From the NCBI GenBank assembly GCA_964016885.1, contig CAXHJY010000262.1, forward strand, positions 62,001 through 126,000: a stretch of 64,000 nt of DNA, in the 5' to 3' direction. The stretch comes from Eledone cirrhosa (Eukaryota). Below are positions 25,051 through 37,246 of the stretch, in pieces. Each line of letters begins with the position of its first letter. Position 1 is the first letter of the stretch. A program made the translations under genes and the position numbers. Under the pieces are notes generated by a model, which had not been told where the DNA came from, made no database searches, and was given only the letters and a program-made list of their open reading frames with translations.

Positions 25051-26784
25051 AGAAGGACAAATATATTCTACATTGACTTTAATATAGATTTAAACAAAGA
25101 TGGTAGAATGACAGAATTGGTAGAGTGTCAGATAACCTACCATTGCAGTATTTGTTCTGGTTTTTAATATTCTGAGTTCAAATCCCACTGAGGTAAATTT
25201 TATATTTCATTCTTCTAGGCTAGATAAAATATATTATATGTACTACGGTTGATTTAATAAACTTTGCCCTTCCCCCAAAATTGCTGGTCTTGAGCCTAAT
25301 TTACAAATCAATAGAGATTTAACAAGTTTGTTGCTTCATATCTTCTCAAAATACTTTTATTTAGTGTGACTAGTGCAGTAAATTGGCAATAATCGGTAGA
25401 GTGCCAGACAACAAGCTTTGCAGCATATAGTTATGTCCTGTTACGTTCTGAGTTCAAATCTTGTGGAGGGTAGCTTTCCCTTTCATCCATACGGGGTTGA
25501 TAAAATAAAGTACCAGTAATGCACTGAGGTTGATTTAATCAACTTACTCCACCCCCAATATTATTGCGCCTGTGCCTACATCAAATACCATTATTTACTA
25601 TGTCTAACAACACTCAGTAACCTATACTATCACTACCCCAATGATACCAGCCAAGACAGTGTCTCAAAGTTCTCTCTGGTCTGCAGAAACCCAGGTACCA
25701 GTTGCCTCATGCTTCTGGCTAAGGACAGAATGGAGAAAGGGTTAACCTGGAAGATAGTGAGGGAGATGTGTTGAAGTAGCCATTAAAACCTCTGGGGGCC
25801 TCACAAGTTTTAAAAACAACAAAGTCCAATAGAATTTTAAACATTTCAAATACCAATGAAGTGTTTGTGTTTGATTTGTTCTAATTACTTTCAAGCTATC
25901 ATTACATATGGTGTTCATAACAGATATTTAGATGGGAATTAACAAAAGTATGGAATCACAGACTGGACAAATTCCTCAAATGTAACTCTTTACTTATCAA
26001 AAATAGATTGAATTTCAGGAGATAAATATAGTTTATTTAATATGTTATGAAAATCTAATAAATGATTTACGCTAAAAAGACATATACACTCCTTCAATTA
26101 AATGTGTAAGGAATTGAACTAGGAACAGTAATTTGTAAATTTCTATTATTCCACAGGTCCCTCTAGTATATATTCCAGAAAGCACAATAAACTGTAGAAA
26201 TGTTGAACTGAAGAACTGTTGAACTGGAGAAATGTCGAACTGTTGAGCTCGAGAACTGGAGAAATGTTGAACTGTTGAACTGAAGAAATGTTGAACTGTA
26301 GAACTAAAGTGAGGATGTAACAACAACACTGAATGTAATTCCATGGCAACAGAAATAATTGTTTCTACGTTAGGCACAAGGCCAGCAATTACCCAGTGTA
26401 TTACTGGTACTTTATTTTATCGACCCCGTAAGGATGAAAGGCAAAGTTAACCTCAGCGGGATTTGAACTCAGAATGACAAGGGCCGTAACTCTATGCGTC
26501 AAAGCATGGCGTCCGACCCTCTACCGATACTGCCAATCCACTGCATGGCAACAGAAATAATAGTGTACTCCTGGAGCTGTAAGGCTGTACTTCAAACCTG
26601 TTGGATAAAATTGTGTACCCCAGTTTAGCTGAAGTATAATAGACAAAAATATGAGCACACTTGAAACACATAATTGTGATATGATTGGCTGTCATTAAAT
26701 AATTGAACAATAACGCGGCACTTGTTAAATGACATACAATATGAGTTCAATATGTGATAATGTTGGTGCTGCTTTCTAATATTT

Positions 26785-27640
26785 CTGAGACAAGACACTG
26801 ACAGCATTAGTTCAGGTGATAGAGAGTCTCTCAATTACACAGCACAACAGGGAATGTTGGTGTTGGCCTCTAACATAACTGAGACAAGATACAGTATTAG
26901 TTCAGGTGATAGAGAGTCTCTCAATTACACATTACAACAGGGAATGTTGGTGTTGACCTCTAACATATCTGAGACAAGACACAGCATTAGTTCAGGTGAT
27001 AGAGTGTCCCTCAATTACACACCACAACAGGGAATGTTGGTCTTGGCCTCTAACATAACTGAGACAAGACACAGAATTAGTTCAGGTGATAGAGAGTCTC
27101 TCAATTACACACCACAACAGGGAATGTTGGTGTTGGCCTCTAACATAACTGAGACAAGACACAGCATTAGTTCAGGTGATAGAGAGTTTCTCAATTACAC
27201 ACCACAACAGGGAATGTTGGTGTTGGCCTCTAACATAACTGAGACAAGACAGCATTAGTTCAGGTGATAGAGAGTCTCTCAATTACACACCACAACAGGG
27301 AATGTTGGTGTTGACCTCTAACATATCTGAGACACTGACAGCATTAGTTCAGGTGATAGAGAGTCTCTCAATTACACACCACAACAGGGAATGTTGGTGT
27401 TGGCTTCTAACATATCTGAGACAAGACACAGCATTAGTTCAGGTGATAGAGAGTCTCTCAATTACACACCACAACAAGGAATGTTGGTGTTGGCTTCTAA
27501 CATATCTGAGACAAGACACAGCATTAGTTCAGGTGATAGAGTGTCCCTCAATTACACACCACAACAGGGAATGTTGGTGTTGGCCTCTAACATATCTGAG
27601 ACAAGACACAGCATTAGTTCACGTGATAGAGACAAGACAC
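26785..27640. repeat. 90-bp minisatellite (about 9.5 units)
   Basis: Unit GAGACAAGACACAGCATTAGTTCAGGTGATAGAGAGTCTCTCAATTACACACCACAACAGGGAATGTTGGTGTTGGCCTCTAACATAACT. Confidence 0.95.
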
Positions 27641-27697
27641 ATGTTTGTTTGTGTGAACAATCAATGCGTGCGCATGTGGAGATATTTATATACACCG

Positions 27698-27899
27698 TGT
27701 AGGTAACACGGTAAAAAGTTCCCAGTTCCACACTGTAAACGTGGTTGGTGTTAGGAAGGGCATCCAGCCGTAGAAAACCTGCCAGATAGTCCTATATGAG
27801 CGAGACACGGTCACCCGACCAACCTTGCCTCAAGTGGGACAACTCCCGTCTAACCCATGCTAGCGTGGAAGATGGACGTTAAACGAAGATGATGATGAT
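27698..27899 (+). mobile_element. RTE 3'-UTR fragment with (GAT)n tail
   Basis: Matches the copy F tail at 56285-56468. Confidence 0.8.
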
Positions 27900-27964
27900 A
27901 TATATATATATATATATATATATGTGTATATATATATATATATGTCTGTATATATATATATATA

Positions 27965-28017
<53 letters not shown>

Positions 28018-28056
28018 ATATATATATATATATATGTGTATATATATATATATATA

Positions 28057-30150
28057 TCATCATCACCGTTTTACGTCCGTTCTTCCATGCTAGCATGGGT
28101 TAGACGGGTTGTCCTGTTGTGGGCAGTGTCTGGTCGGCTGACCATGCCTTGCTCATACAGGAACTGATCTGGCTTGATTTCTACAGCTGGATGCCCTTCC
28201 TAACACCAACCTCATTTACAGTGAGTGCTGGGTGCTTTTTCGTGGCGCCTACACGTCCACTTTACAGTGTGGGCTGGGTGCTTTTTTGCCGTGGCACCTC
28301 CACCACCACCTTGCGGTGGGGGGTCTGGGGGTATATTGTCTATATGCTTCAGCTTGTACCCATGGGAGGTTGGGTACTCTGTATTACTGCATGACGCCAG
28401 AAGTCACGGTCGTGTGTCATTGTCTTTGAGAGGTGTAATTGGGTAAGGTCGGCTTTTATCACCTCATCCCAGGTCATCTTGGGTCTCCCCACTCCGCGGT
28501 TTCCATCAACTTCTAGTGCTCTGCACCTTTTTATGCAGCTGTCATCCTTCATACGCATCACATGTCCATACCAGCGCAACCGCCTGCCCTGCACACAGCA
28601 TTTGATTCCTCTTATGCTCAGTCTCTCTCTCAATTCATTTATGCTTTGTCGTTCACGTATATTACTGTTACACATCCATCGGAGCATGCAGGCTTCATTT
28701 CTCTCTAATCTACGTAAGTCTTCCACCTTCAGCGCCCAGGTCTCACTACCATGCAACATCGCTGTTCGGATACACGCATCATACAGTCTGCCTTTCATTC
28801 TGAGGGAGAAGCCTTTTGCAGCTAGCAGTGGTAGTAGTTCCCTAAACTTCTTCCATCCCGTTCTTACCCTAGTTATTGTACTTTCTGAACACCTACCTCC
28901 GTTGCTAATTCGGTCACCTAGGTAGCAGAAGCTGTCTACTGTTTCTACAGGGCCCTCCCAGAGATTGGTGGTACTTGTTTCCTGTGGCTGTTTGCTGCTT
29001 GCTGTCTCAGCACAGCTGCTGCATGTGAATCCTACATTCTTAATTAAGCTTCCTGAGATCCCGCTACATCTCTTGTGTACCCATTGTTTGAATTTGGGGC
29101 AGAGAATGGAGTTCCTACCTACACCTTTCCTACATACTGAGCAAGGCCATTTCCCTGAGGGGATCTGGGTTCTGTTTTCTCGTCTACTTACAAGGACCTT
29201 AGTCTTTGTGATGTTGACTTTGAGACCCTTTCTTTCTAGTCCCTGCTTCCAGGTTTGGAATTTATTCTCTAGTTCTACCATAGATTCAGCTATGAGTGCG
29301 AGGTCATCAGCATACAGGAGTTCCCATGGGCATCCGGTCCTAAACTCCTCCGTTATTGCCTGCAGGACTATGATGAACAGGAGAGGGCTAAGAACAGAGC
29401 CCTGGTGGACCCCAACCTGTACGCTAAATTCCTCGCTATACTCATTGCTAATCCTAACTTTGCTGACTGCTCCCCTATACATGGCTTGTACCGCTTTCAC
29501 AAGCCATTCATCTACTCCTAGTTTTCTAAGAGCCCACCAGATTACAGCACGTGGAACTCTGTCAAAGGCTTTCTCAAGGTCGACAAATGCCAAGTAGAGT
29601 GGCTTACTTTTAGCTAGGTACTTTTCCTGTAATTGCCTCACAAGGAAGAGGGCATCAGTGGTGCCTCTTCCTGGTACAAACCCAAATTGCATCTCGTCTA
29701 TTTTGACCCGGTCCCTAATCAGCTGTGCTATAACTCTTTCTGTTACTTTCATGACCTGGTCCATCAACTTTATACCTCTATAGTTTCCTCTATCTAGTGC
29801 ATCGCCTTTACCTTTGTAGCAGTTGACAATGATGCTACTGCACCAATCTTTTGGTATGGCACCTTCTAGTATTACCTGGTTAACGATACGTGTGGTTATA
29901 GTGTGACCTACAGACCCAGATGCCTTCAGCATCTCGGCAGCTATACCCGATGGACCGGTTGCCTTCCCCATCTTCATATCTTTGATTGCCTTACTTACTA
30001 CGCTGCTGCTGACTTGTACTGCTGGTCCCTCTATAGGGTCTACTTGGGGCAGGGTCTCTTCTTCCCATGCTTTCTCCTCATTTAGTAATCTATCATAATG
30101 ACTCTTCCATGCATCTTTCTTCTCAGCACTTGTGAGGGCAAGCTCACCTT

Positions 30151-30152
<2 letters not shown>
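28057..30152 (-). mobile_element. RTE LINE copy C, 5'-truncated, near-identical to copy A
   Basis: 542-aa ORF 28349..29977 with full RT and PHD-like finger; (GAT)n tail at about 28057; both ends abut (TA)n. Confidence 0.94.
28349..29977 (-). CDS. RTE reverse transcriptase plus PHD-like finger (one Cys changed to Phe), 5'-truncated
   Basis: [39 protein letters not shown]. Confidence 0.85.
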   Translation of the reverse strand: MKMGKATGPSGIAAEMLKASGSVGHTITTRIVNQVILEGAIPKDWCSSIIVNCYKGKGDALDRGNYRGIKLMDQVMKVTERVIAQLIRDRVKIDEMQFGFVPGRGTTDALFLVRQLQEKYLAKSKPLYLAFVDLEKAFDRVPRAVIWWALRKLGVDEWLVKAVQAMYRGAVSKVRISNEYSEEFSVQVGVHQGSVLSPLLFIIVLQAITEEFRTGCPWELLYADDLALIAESMVELENKFQTWKQGLERKGLKVNITKTKVLVSRRENRTQIPSGKWPCSVCRKGVGRNSILCPKFKQWVHKRCSGISGSLIKNVGFTCSSCAETASSKQPQETSTTNLWEGPVETVDSFCYLGDRISNGGRCSESTITRVRTGWKKFRELLPLLAAKGFSLRMKGRLYDACIRTAMLHGSETWALKVEDLRRLERNEACMLRWMCNSNIRERQSINELRERLSIRGIKCCVQGRRLRWYGHVMRMKDDSCIKRCRALEVDGNRGVGRPKMTWDEVIKADLTQLHLSKTMTHDRDFWRHAVIQSTQPPMGTS

Positions 30153-30222
<70 letters not shown>

Positions 30223-30405
30223 TAGATATATGTGTATATATATATATATAGAGAGAGATATATATGTGTATATATATATATATATATATGTGTGTAATAT
30301 ATATATATATATATATGTATATATATGTAGGAGGTGAGTTTTATTATGTTGATTTAAAACTGCACTATCAACAAGTGTTTTTTTAGCCTTCATATCATGT
30401 TCTCC

Positions 30406-30476
30406 TGTTTTATCTGATGAAAACACAAATATTATTGCTTGATGATGTTTGTTTTTGAAATGCGCATAATAAAATA
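30406..30476 (+). ncRNA. Type-I hammerhead ribozyme motif HH3
   Basis: TGTTTTAT-CTGATGA-16-bp stem II (GCTT loop)-GAA-ATGCGCAT (palindromic stem III)-A-ATAAAATA. Confidence 0.85.
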
Positions 30477-30509
30477 TATGGAACTCCTTTAACCATCTTT
30501 TGATCTTAT

Positions 30510-30711
30510 ATTATGTATATATATATATATATGTGTGTATATATATATATGTGTATATATATATATATGTGTATATATATATATATGTGTATATATATAT
30601 GTATATATGTATATATATGTATATATGTATATATATATGTATATATGTATATATATATGTATATATGTATATATATATGTATATATATATGTATATATAT
30701 ATATGTATATA

Positions 30712-30756
<45 letters not shown>

Positions 30757-30799
30757 GTATATATGTATATATGTATATATATATGTATATATGTATATA

Positions 30800-30832
<33 letters not shown>

Positions 30833-30859
30833 ATATATATGTATATATGTATATATATA

Positions 30860-30892
<33 letters not shown>

Positions 30893-30941
30893 ATATATAT
30901 GTATATATGTATATATATATGTATATATGTATATATATATG

Positions 30942-30974
<33 letters not shown>

Positions 30975-30987
30975 GTATATATATATG

Positions 30988-31020
<33 letters not shown>

Positions 31021-31025
31021 ATGTA
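30510..31025. repeat. (TA)n/(TATG) microsatellite (also 30153-30327)
   Basis: Direct inspection. Confidence 0.96.
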
Positions 31026-32235
31026 TAAGAAAATAAGGCGCCGGTCCCCTCCGGGAAATGGCCATGCTCAGTGTGTAGGAAAGGCGTAGGTAGAAACTCC
31101 ATTTTATGTCCCAAATGCAAAGTATGGGTGCATAAAAGATGTAGTGGGATCACAGGTAAGCTAACTAAGAACACAGATTTTACATGTGGCCGGTGCTCTG
31201 GTGCAATAAGTAGCAGCAAGTGCCCACAAAATACTAACTCTTTCAATTGCGCAGAGGGTTCTATAGAAATAGTGGACAGCTTCCATTACCTGGGCGACAA
31301 AATCAGCAGTGGGGGAGGGTGCTCTGAAAGTACAGTAGCTAGAGTCAGATCTGGATGGAAAAAGTTCAGAGAGCTTATACCACTATTAGCCGCTAAAGGG
31401 TTCTCCCTAAAAATGAAAGGCAGGTTGTATGATGCCTGCATACGAACAGCAATGTTGCATAGCAGTGAGACCTGGGCATTGTGTGCAGAGGATATACGCA
31501 GACTAGAGAGGAACGAAGCTTGCATGCTCCGCTGGATGTGTAATAGTAATATACGTGAACGGCAAAGCATAAACGAACTAAGGAAAAAATTAGAAATAAG
31601 AGGGATCAGATGTTGTTTACTCGAGAGCAGGCTACGTTGGTATGGTCACATGATGCGCATGAAAGACAACAGCTGTATAACAAAGTGCAGGGCAATAAAG
31701 ATAGATGGTAGCCACGGAGTAGGCAGACCCAGGAAAACCTGGGAGGAGCTGATAAATTCCGATCTCACACACTTACACCTCTCCAAGACAATGTCACTGG
31801 ACCAAGACCTTTGGCAGTACTCAGTAACAGAGAAGACCCGCCTTACCTAAATACAAAGTAAAACCTACTAGTCAGTAGGCATCTCTAACAAAATACACCC
31901 CCGTCCCACCCCATCCACACCGCCCCTTTCAATGCAAAGTTATGTTGGTGCCACAACATCCAGGCCGAAACAGACGAGATCGTGTAGGTGTCACGACAAA
32001 CAAACACACAGTCCACGCTGTAATGTGGCCGTGTAGGCAACACGGTAAAAACCTCCCAGCCCCACACTGTAAATGTGGTTGGTGTTAGGAAGGGCATCCA
32101 GCTGTAGAAAACCCGCCAGACAGTCCTATGCGAGCAAGACAACCACTCTTGCCTCAAGTGGGAAAACCCCCGTCCAAACCCATGCAAGCGTGGAACAGGG
32201 ACGTTAAACGATGATGATGATGATGATGATGATGA
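31026..32235 (+). mobile_element. RTE LINE copy D, 5'-truncated at the PHD finger, near-identical to the 3' part of copy E
   Basis: ORF 31071..31850, 3' UTR and (GAT)n tail. Confidence 0.92.
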
Positions 32236-32239
32236 TATA

Positions 32240-32288
<49 letters not shown>

Positions 32289-32358
32289 GTATATATATAT
32301 GTATATGTATATATATATGTATATATATATGTATATGTATATATATATTATGTATATG

Positions 32359-32401
<43 letters not shown>

Positions 32402-32436
32402 GTATATGTAAATATATATGTATATGTATATATATG

Positions 32437-32467
<31 letters not shown>

Positions 32468-33091
32468 GTGTATATATATATATATATGTAAACCTATTCT
32501 TCTCGCTTTTAAATATATTTGTTATTATTTCAAACTCTTAATTCCCGCTCCTTAATATCTTCTCCCCCTCCACCACACTCTACAACATGCGGTCAAATCA
32601 CCCCCCCCCCCCTCTCTCTACCCATATACATATATAAGACAAAGTAATTCGCTTTCGCCAAATCGGTGGCTGAATTTCATTCATGGTATAATGTAATGTA
32701 CTCATTTTTCTACCTTTTCTAACATCCGCTTAATTCCATAGTCCTTCCAATAGCATTTTTTCTATCCTCTTTCCAATTCTTGTTTCACTAGCCATCCATC
32801 CTATTCCTCCTGTATTTTCCAAAACAAATCTCTTGTATTTTTGTCATGCTTGTAAAATACGGAAGTTTTTGGCGTATTTTACTAAACAAATCTTGTATTT
32901 TTGTTTACGTTCGTTAAATACGGGGATCTCACTTAAACCTATTCTTCTCGCTGACAACTCAACACCCCTCCCTCCCCCACGCACCACCCCTCCCTCCTTC
33001 CCGCCCCCACACACCACCATTATTATTACGTGGACCAATCATAAGCCAGAGGCCTATACTATCGCTTACCTGGTCGCCTTCGATATGTAGG

Positions 33092-34204
33092 ATGGAAGGA
33101 CTACGGAGTTCCGGAGAGTTGAAGAGAGAAAAATCTGGACGCTCAGCGGCAATGCCAAAGTTAAAGACAAACACACCTCGTGGACGAGAATGCGAGCATG
33201 CCTCTTTGTTTCGGCCGCGGATGGCTAACATAACCCCATCTCCCCCCGCTCCCCACCTTTCCCACCCCCCAAACGCAATCCAAAACTTCAGATTTGGTAC
33301 CTTGAATGTAGGCACCTTAAAGGGTCGCTCAAACGAGGTTGTAGAAATGCTTGAACGTAAGGAGGTCGATGTTTGTTGTATTCAAGAGACCAGGTGGAGG
33401 GGTGGATCTGCTAGATTCATTGTGGGTAGAAAACGATGCTATAAGCTTTTCTGGGTGGGAAACGACAATGGGTTGGGTGGAGTAGGAATCATGGTAGCAG
33501 AAAAGTGGGCAGATAAGATAATAGACGTAAATAGAGTGAACGACAGAATAATTAAAATAAGACTTGTCCTCAATAGAACTACGGTGACAGTAATATCCGC
33601 GTACGCACCCCAATCCGGACTGCCCAGCACTATAAAAGACAGATTCTATGAGACACTGATGCTCACTACCTCCCAAATAACCGACAGTGACTACATAATT
33701 ATTGCAGGCGACCTAAACGGTCACGTTGGACAACATTGGGACGGCTACGACGAAATCCATGGAGGCTATGGGTTTGGTACTAGAAATGAGGAAGGCTCCA
33801 GAATCGTGGAATTCTGCGACGCAAATAACCTAACTATCTGCAACACTAACTTCAAAAAACGAGACAATCACTTGATCACCTACAGATCAGGGGAACATAC
33901 CAGCCAGGTAGATTATATCCTTACCAGAAGACGTGACAAAGTGACTGTCGTAAACACTAAATCCCTCCCCCATGAAGAATGCACCTCCCAACATAGACTG
34001 ATAATTAGCGACCTAATAGTCAGGACGAGACGTACTAGACATCAGAAGAGGACTATCCTCAGGAGAAAAATATGGAAGCTAAAGGACCCCACAGCCAAAA
34101 ATAAATTCCAAAGCATATTACTTGATGCTTTCGACAGTAAGGAAGAGCAATTAGAGACGTACAAGGTAGAGGAACAGTGGGAATTCCTGAAAGGGGTCAA
34201 TTAA
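33092..34204 (+). CDS. RTE apurinic-like endonuclease domain (likely start ATG 33221); frame broken at about 34195
   Basis: EEP motifs as above; MANITP aligns with MTNIIP of copy F. Confidence 0.82.
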   Translation: MEGLRSSGELKREKSGRSAAMPKLKTNTPRGRECEHASLFRPRMANITPSPPAPHLSHPPNAIQNFRFGTLNVGTLKGRSNEVVEMLERKEVDVCCIQETRWRGGSARFIVGRKRCYKLFWVGNDNGLGGVGIMVAEKWADKIIDVNRVNDRIIKIRLVLNRTTVTVISAYAPQSGLPSTIKDRFYETLMLTTSQITDSDYIIIAGDLNGHVGQHWDGYDEIHGGYGFGTRNEEGSRIVEFCDANNLTICNTNFKKRDNHLITYRSGEHTSQVDYILTRRRDKVTVVNTKSLPHEECTSQHRLIISDLIVRTRRTRHQKRTILRRKIWKLKDPTAKNKFQSILLDAFDSKEEQLETYKVEEQWEFLKGVN

Positions 34205-34262
34205 GGCCAAAAAGCAGACTTGGAAAGTATGGCGGGATGGGGGAAGCAGAGAAGACTATCAA

Positions 34263-36230
34263 GTGGCCAGGAGGGAAGCTAGGAGACAAGTGTACTTCGC
34301 AAGAAGGGAAGCAGAGGAAAGAAAGTTCAAGCATGTTCTACAACGTGAGGACCAAAAACGTGAGGTGTTCAGGATTGCTAGGCAATGTGTCAAGGAAAAC
34401 AGTGATATTGTCGGGGAGAAGTGTGTACTTAACGATGACGGCGTACTTGCCATCACCGACGCCGATAAGAAGGTAGCTTGGAAGTGTCACTATGAAAGGC
34501 TACTAAATGAGGAGAATAAATGGGAGAAAGACAGTCTCCCCCACATGGACCCAATAGAGGGACCAGCAGTGTTAGTCGAGGGTAGTATAATAAGTAAGGC
34601 AATCAAAGATATGAAGACGGGCAAGGCGGCTGGGCCTTCGGAAATAGTTGCCGAGATGCTGAAGGCATCCGGTACGGTGGGACACACCATGGTCACCCGG
34701 ATAGTCAACCAAGTCATACAGAATGGGGTTGTTCCGAAGGACTGGCGTAGCAGCATCATCGTTAACTGTTATAAGGGTAAAGGAGATGTCCTAGATAGGA
34801 GTAACTATAGAGGCATTAAATTAATCGACCAGGTCATGAAGGTCACGGAAAAAGTAATAGCGCAACTAATCAGAGAGCGAATTGATCTAGATGAAATGCA
34901 GTTCGGGTTTGTGTCAGGAAAAAGTACCACAGACGCTCTTTTCATTGTACGACAACTACAGGAGAAGTACCTAGCTAAAAGTAAACCCCTATACTTAGCT
35001 TTTGTTGACTTGGAGAAGGCCTTCGACAGAGTCCCCCGTTCCATTATCTGGTGGGCTCTTAGAAAACTAGGTGTTGATGAATGGCTTGTGAGAGCTACAC
35101 AAGCCATGTATAAAGAAACAGTCAGCAAGGTTAGAATTAACAACGAATATAGTGAAGAGTTTAGTGTAAAAGATGGTGTTCATCAGGGCTCTGTTCTTAG
35201 CCCCCTACTATTTATTATTGCCCTCCAGGCTATAACAGTGGAGTTCAAGACCGGCTGCCCATGGGAACTCCTATACGCAGATGATCTAACGCTCATAGCT
35301 GAATCAATGGCCGAGCTAGAGAAGAAATTCCAAACATGGAATCACGGCCTAGAATCAAAAGGCCTTAAAATTAACCTGGCTAAGACTAAAGTTCTAGTTT
35401 GTAAGAAAGAAAATAAGGCGGCGGTCCCCTCCGGGAAGTGGCCATGCGCAGAGTGTGGGAAAGGCGTAGGTAGAAATTCCATTTTGTGTCCCAAATGCAA
35501 AGTGTGGGTGCATAAAAGATGTAGTGGGATCACAGGTAAGCTAACTAAGAACATAGATTTTACATGTGGCCAGTGTTCTGGGGCAATAAGTAGCAGCAAG
35601 TGCCCACAAAATACTAGCTCTTTCAACTGCGCAGAGGGTTCTATAGAAATAGTGGACAGCTTCCATTACCTGGGTGACAAAATCAGCAGTGGGGGAGGGT
35701 GCTCTGAAAGTACAGTAGCTAGAGTCAGAACTGGGTGGAAAAAGTTCAGAGAGCTTATACCACTATTAGCCGCTAAAGGGTTCTCCCTAAAAATGAAAGG
35801 CAGGTTGTACGATGCCTGCATACGAACAGCAATGTTGCATGGTAGTGAGACCTGGGCATTGTGTGCAGAGGATATACGCAGACTAGAGAGAAACGAAGCT
35901 TGCATGCTCCGCTGGATGTGTAATAGTAATATACGTGAACGACAAAGCATAAACGAACTAAGGAAAAAATTAGAAATAAGAGGGATCAGATGTTGTTTAC
36001 TAGAGAGAAGGCTTCGTTGGTATGGTCACGTGATGCGCATGAAGGACGATAGCTGTATAACAAAGTGTAGGGCAATAAAGATAGACGGTAGCCACGGAAT
36101 AGGCAGACCCAGAAAAACCTGGGACGAGCTGATAAACTCCGACCTCACACACTTACACCTCACCAAGACAATGTCACTGGACCGAGACCTTTGGCGGTAC
36201 TCAGTAATAGAGAAGACCCGCCTTACCTAA
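34263..36230 (+). CDS. RTE reverse transcriptase plus PHD-like finger (continuation of the single RTE ORF)
   Basis: All RT motifs present; CAEC..CPKC..H..C..CGQC. Confidence 0.85.
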   Translation: MARREARRQVYFARREAEERKFKHVLQREDQKREVFRIARQCVKENSDIVGEKCVLNDDGVLAITDADKKVAWKCHYERLLNEENKWEKDSLPHMDPIEGPAVLVEGSIISKAIKDMKTGKAAGPSEIVAEMLKASGTVGHTMVTRIVNQVIQNGVVPKDWRSSIIVNCYKGKGDVLDRSNYRGIKLIDQVMKVTEKVIAQLIRERIDLDEMQFGFVSGKSTTDALFIVRQLQEKYLAKSKPLYLAFVDLEKAFDRVPRSIIWWALRKLGVDEWLVRATQAMYKETVSKVRINNEYSEEFSVKDGVHQGSVLSPLLFIIALQAITVEFKTGCPWELLYADDLTLIAESMAELEKKFQTWNHGLESKGLKINLAKTKVLVCKKENKAAVPSGKWPCAECGKGVGRNSILCPKCKVWVHKRCSGITGKLTKNIDFTCGQCSGAISSSKCPQNTSSFNCAEGSIEIVDSFHYLGDKISSGGGCSESTVARVRTGWKKFRELIPLLAAKGFSLKMKGRLYDACIRTAMLHGSETWALCAEDIRRLERNEACMLRWMCNSNIRERQSINELRKKLEIRGIRCCLLERRLRWYGHVMRMKDDSCITKCRAIKIDGSHGIGRPRKTWDELINSDLTHLHLTKTMSLDRDLWRYSVIEKTRLT

Positions 36231-36589
36231 ATACAAAGTAAAACCTACTACAGTCAGTAGGCATCTCTAACAAAATACACCCCCACCCCATCCACACCGC
36301 CCCCCTTCTATGTAAAGTTATGTTGGTGCCACACCATCCAGGCCGAAACAAATGAGATCGTGTAGGTGTCACGACAAAAAAACACACAGTCCACGCTGTA
36401 ATGTGGCCGTGTAGGTAACACGGTAAAAACCTCCCAGACCCACACTGTAAATGTGGTTGGTGTTAGGAAGGGCATCCAACTGTAGAAAACCTGCCAGACA
36501 GTCCTATGCGAGCAAGACAATCACTCTTGCCTCAAGTGGGAAAACCCCCGTCCAAACCCATGCAAGCGTGGAACACGGACGTTAAACGT

Positions 36590-36621
<32 letters not shown>

Positions 36622-36683
36622 TTGATGTATATATATATATATATGTATATATATGTATATATATATATATATGTATATGTATA

Positions 36684-36738
<55 letters not shown>

Positions 36739-36811
36739 TAAATATACATATATGTATATATATACATATATATACATATATATATATATACACATATATA
36801 TATATATATAC

Positions 36812-36882
<71 letters not shown>

Positions 36883-36883
36883 C

Positions 36884-36914
<31 letters not shown>

Positions 36915-37017
36915 CATATATATACATATATATATATACATATATATATATACTTATTCATATATATACATATCTATATATATACATATATATATACATA
37001 TCTAATTATATATACAT

Positions 37018-37246
37018 ATATTATATTATATTTAGAGTTATAAACTTAAACAGTCCTTTACAATTAATTAGCTCAAGGAAAGAAGCATTTCTGAGCCGTG
37101 AAATACAAGTAATATAAATTAATATATGATAAACACATAAGTGTTTGTATTGTAAATGACCAAGACGGCTCAGAAATGCTTCTTTCTTTGAGCTAATTAA
37201 TTGTAAAGGACTGTTTGAGTTTATAACTCTAAATATAATATAATAT
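37018..37246. repeat. Inverted repeat with ~80-bp arms and ~65-bp spacer
   Basis: TATATTATATTTAGAGTTATAAAC..CTGAGCCGT pairs with ACGGCTCAG..GTTTATAACTCTAAATATAATATA. Confidence 0.85.

Larger units (their letters stand above)
32490..36627 (+). mobile_element. RTE LINE copy E, near full length (APE, RT, PHD-like finger) with one internal deletion; 5' boundary approximate
   Basis: APE motifs TLNVGTL, IQETR, AYAPQ, GDLNGH, DYIL, SQH; 655-aa RT ORF; (GAT)n tail. Confidence 0.93.

Noticed and set aside
26854-27706. Repetitive ORFs MLVLASNI... in the 90-bp array
   Set aside because: Unit length is divisible by 3, which keeps frames open; no domain evidence
32490-33220. Possible HDV-like ribozyme in the RTE 5' UTR (reported for some RTEs)
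   Set aside because: Could not build the nested double pseudoknot by eye; needs a descriptor search
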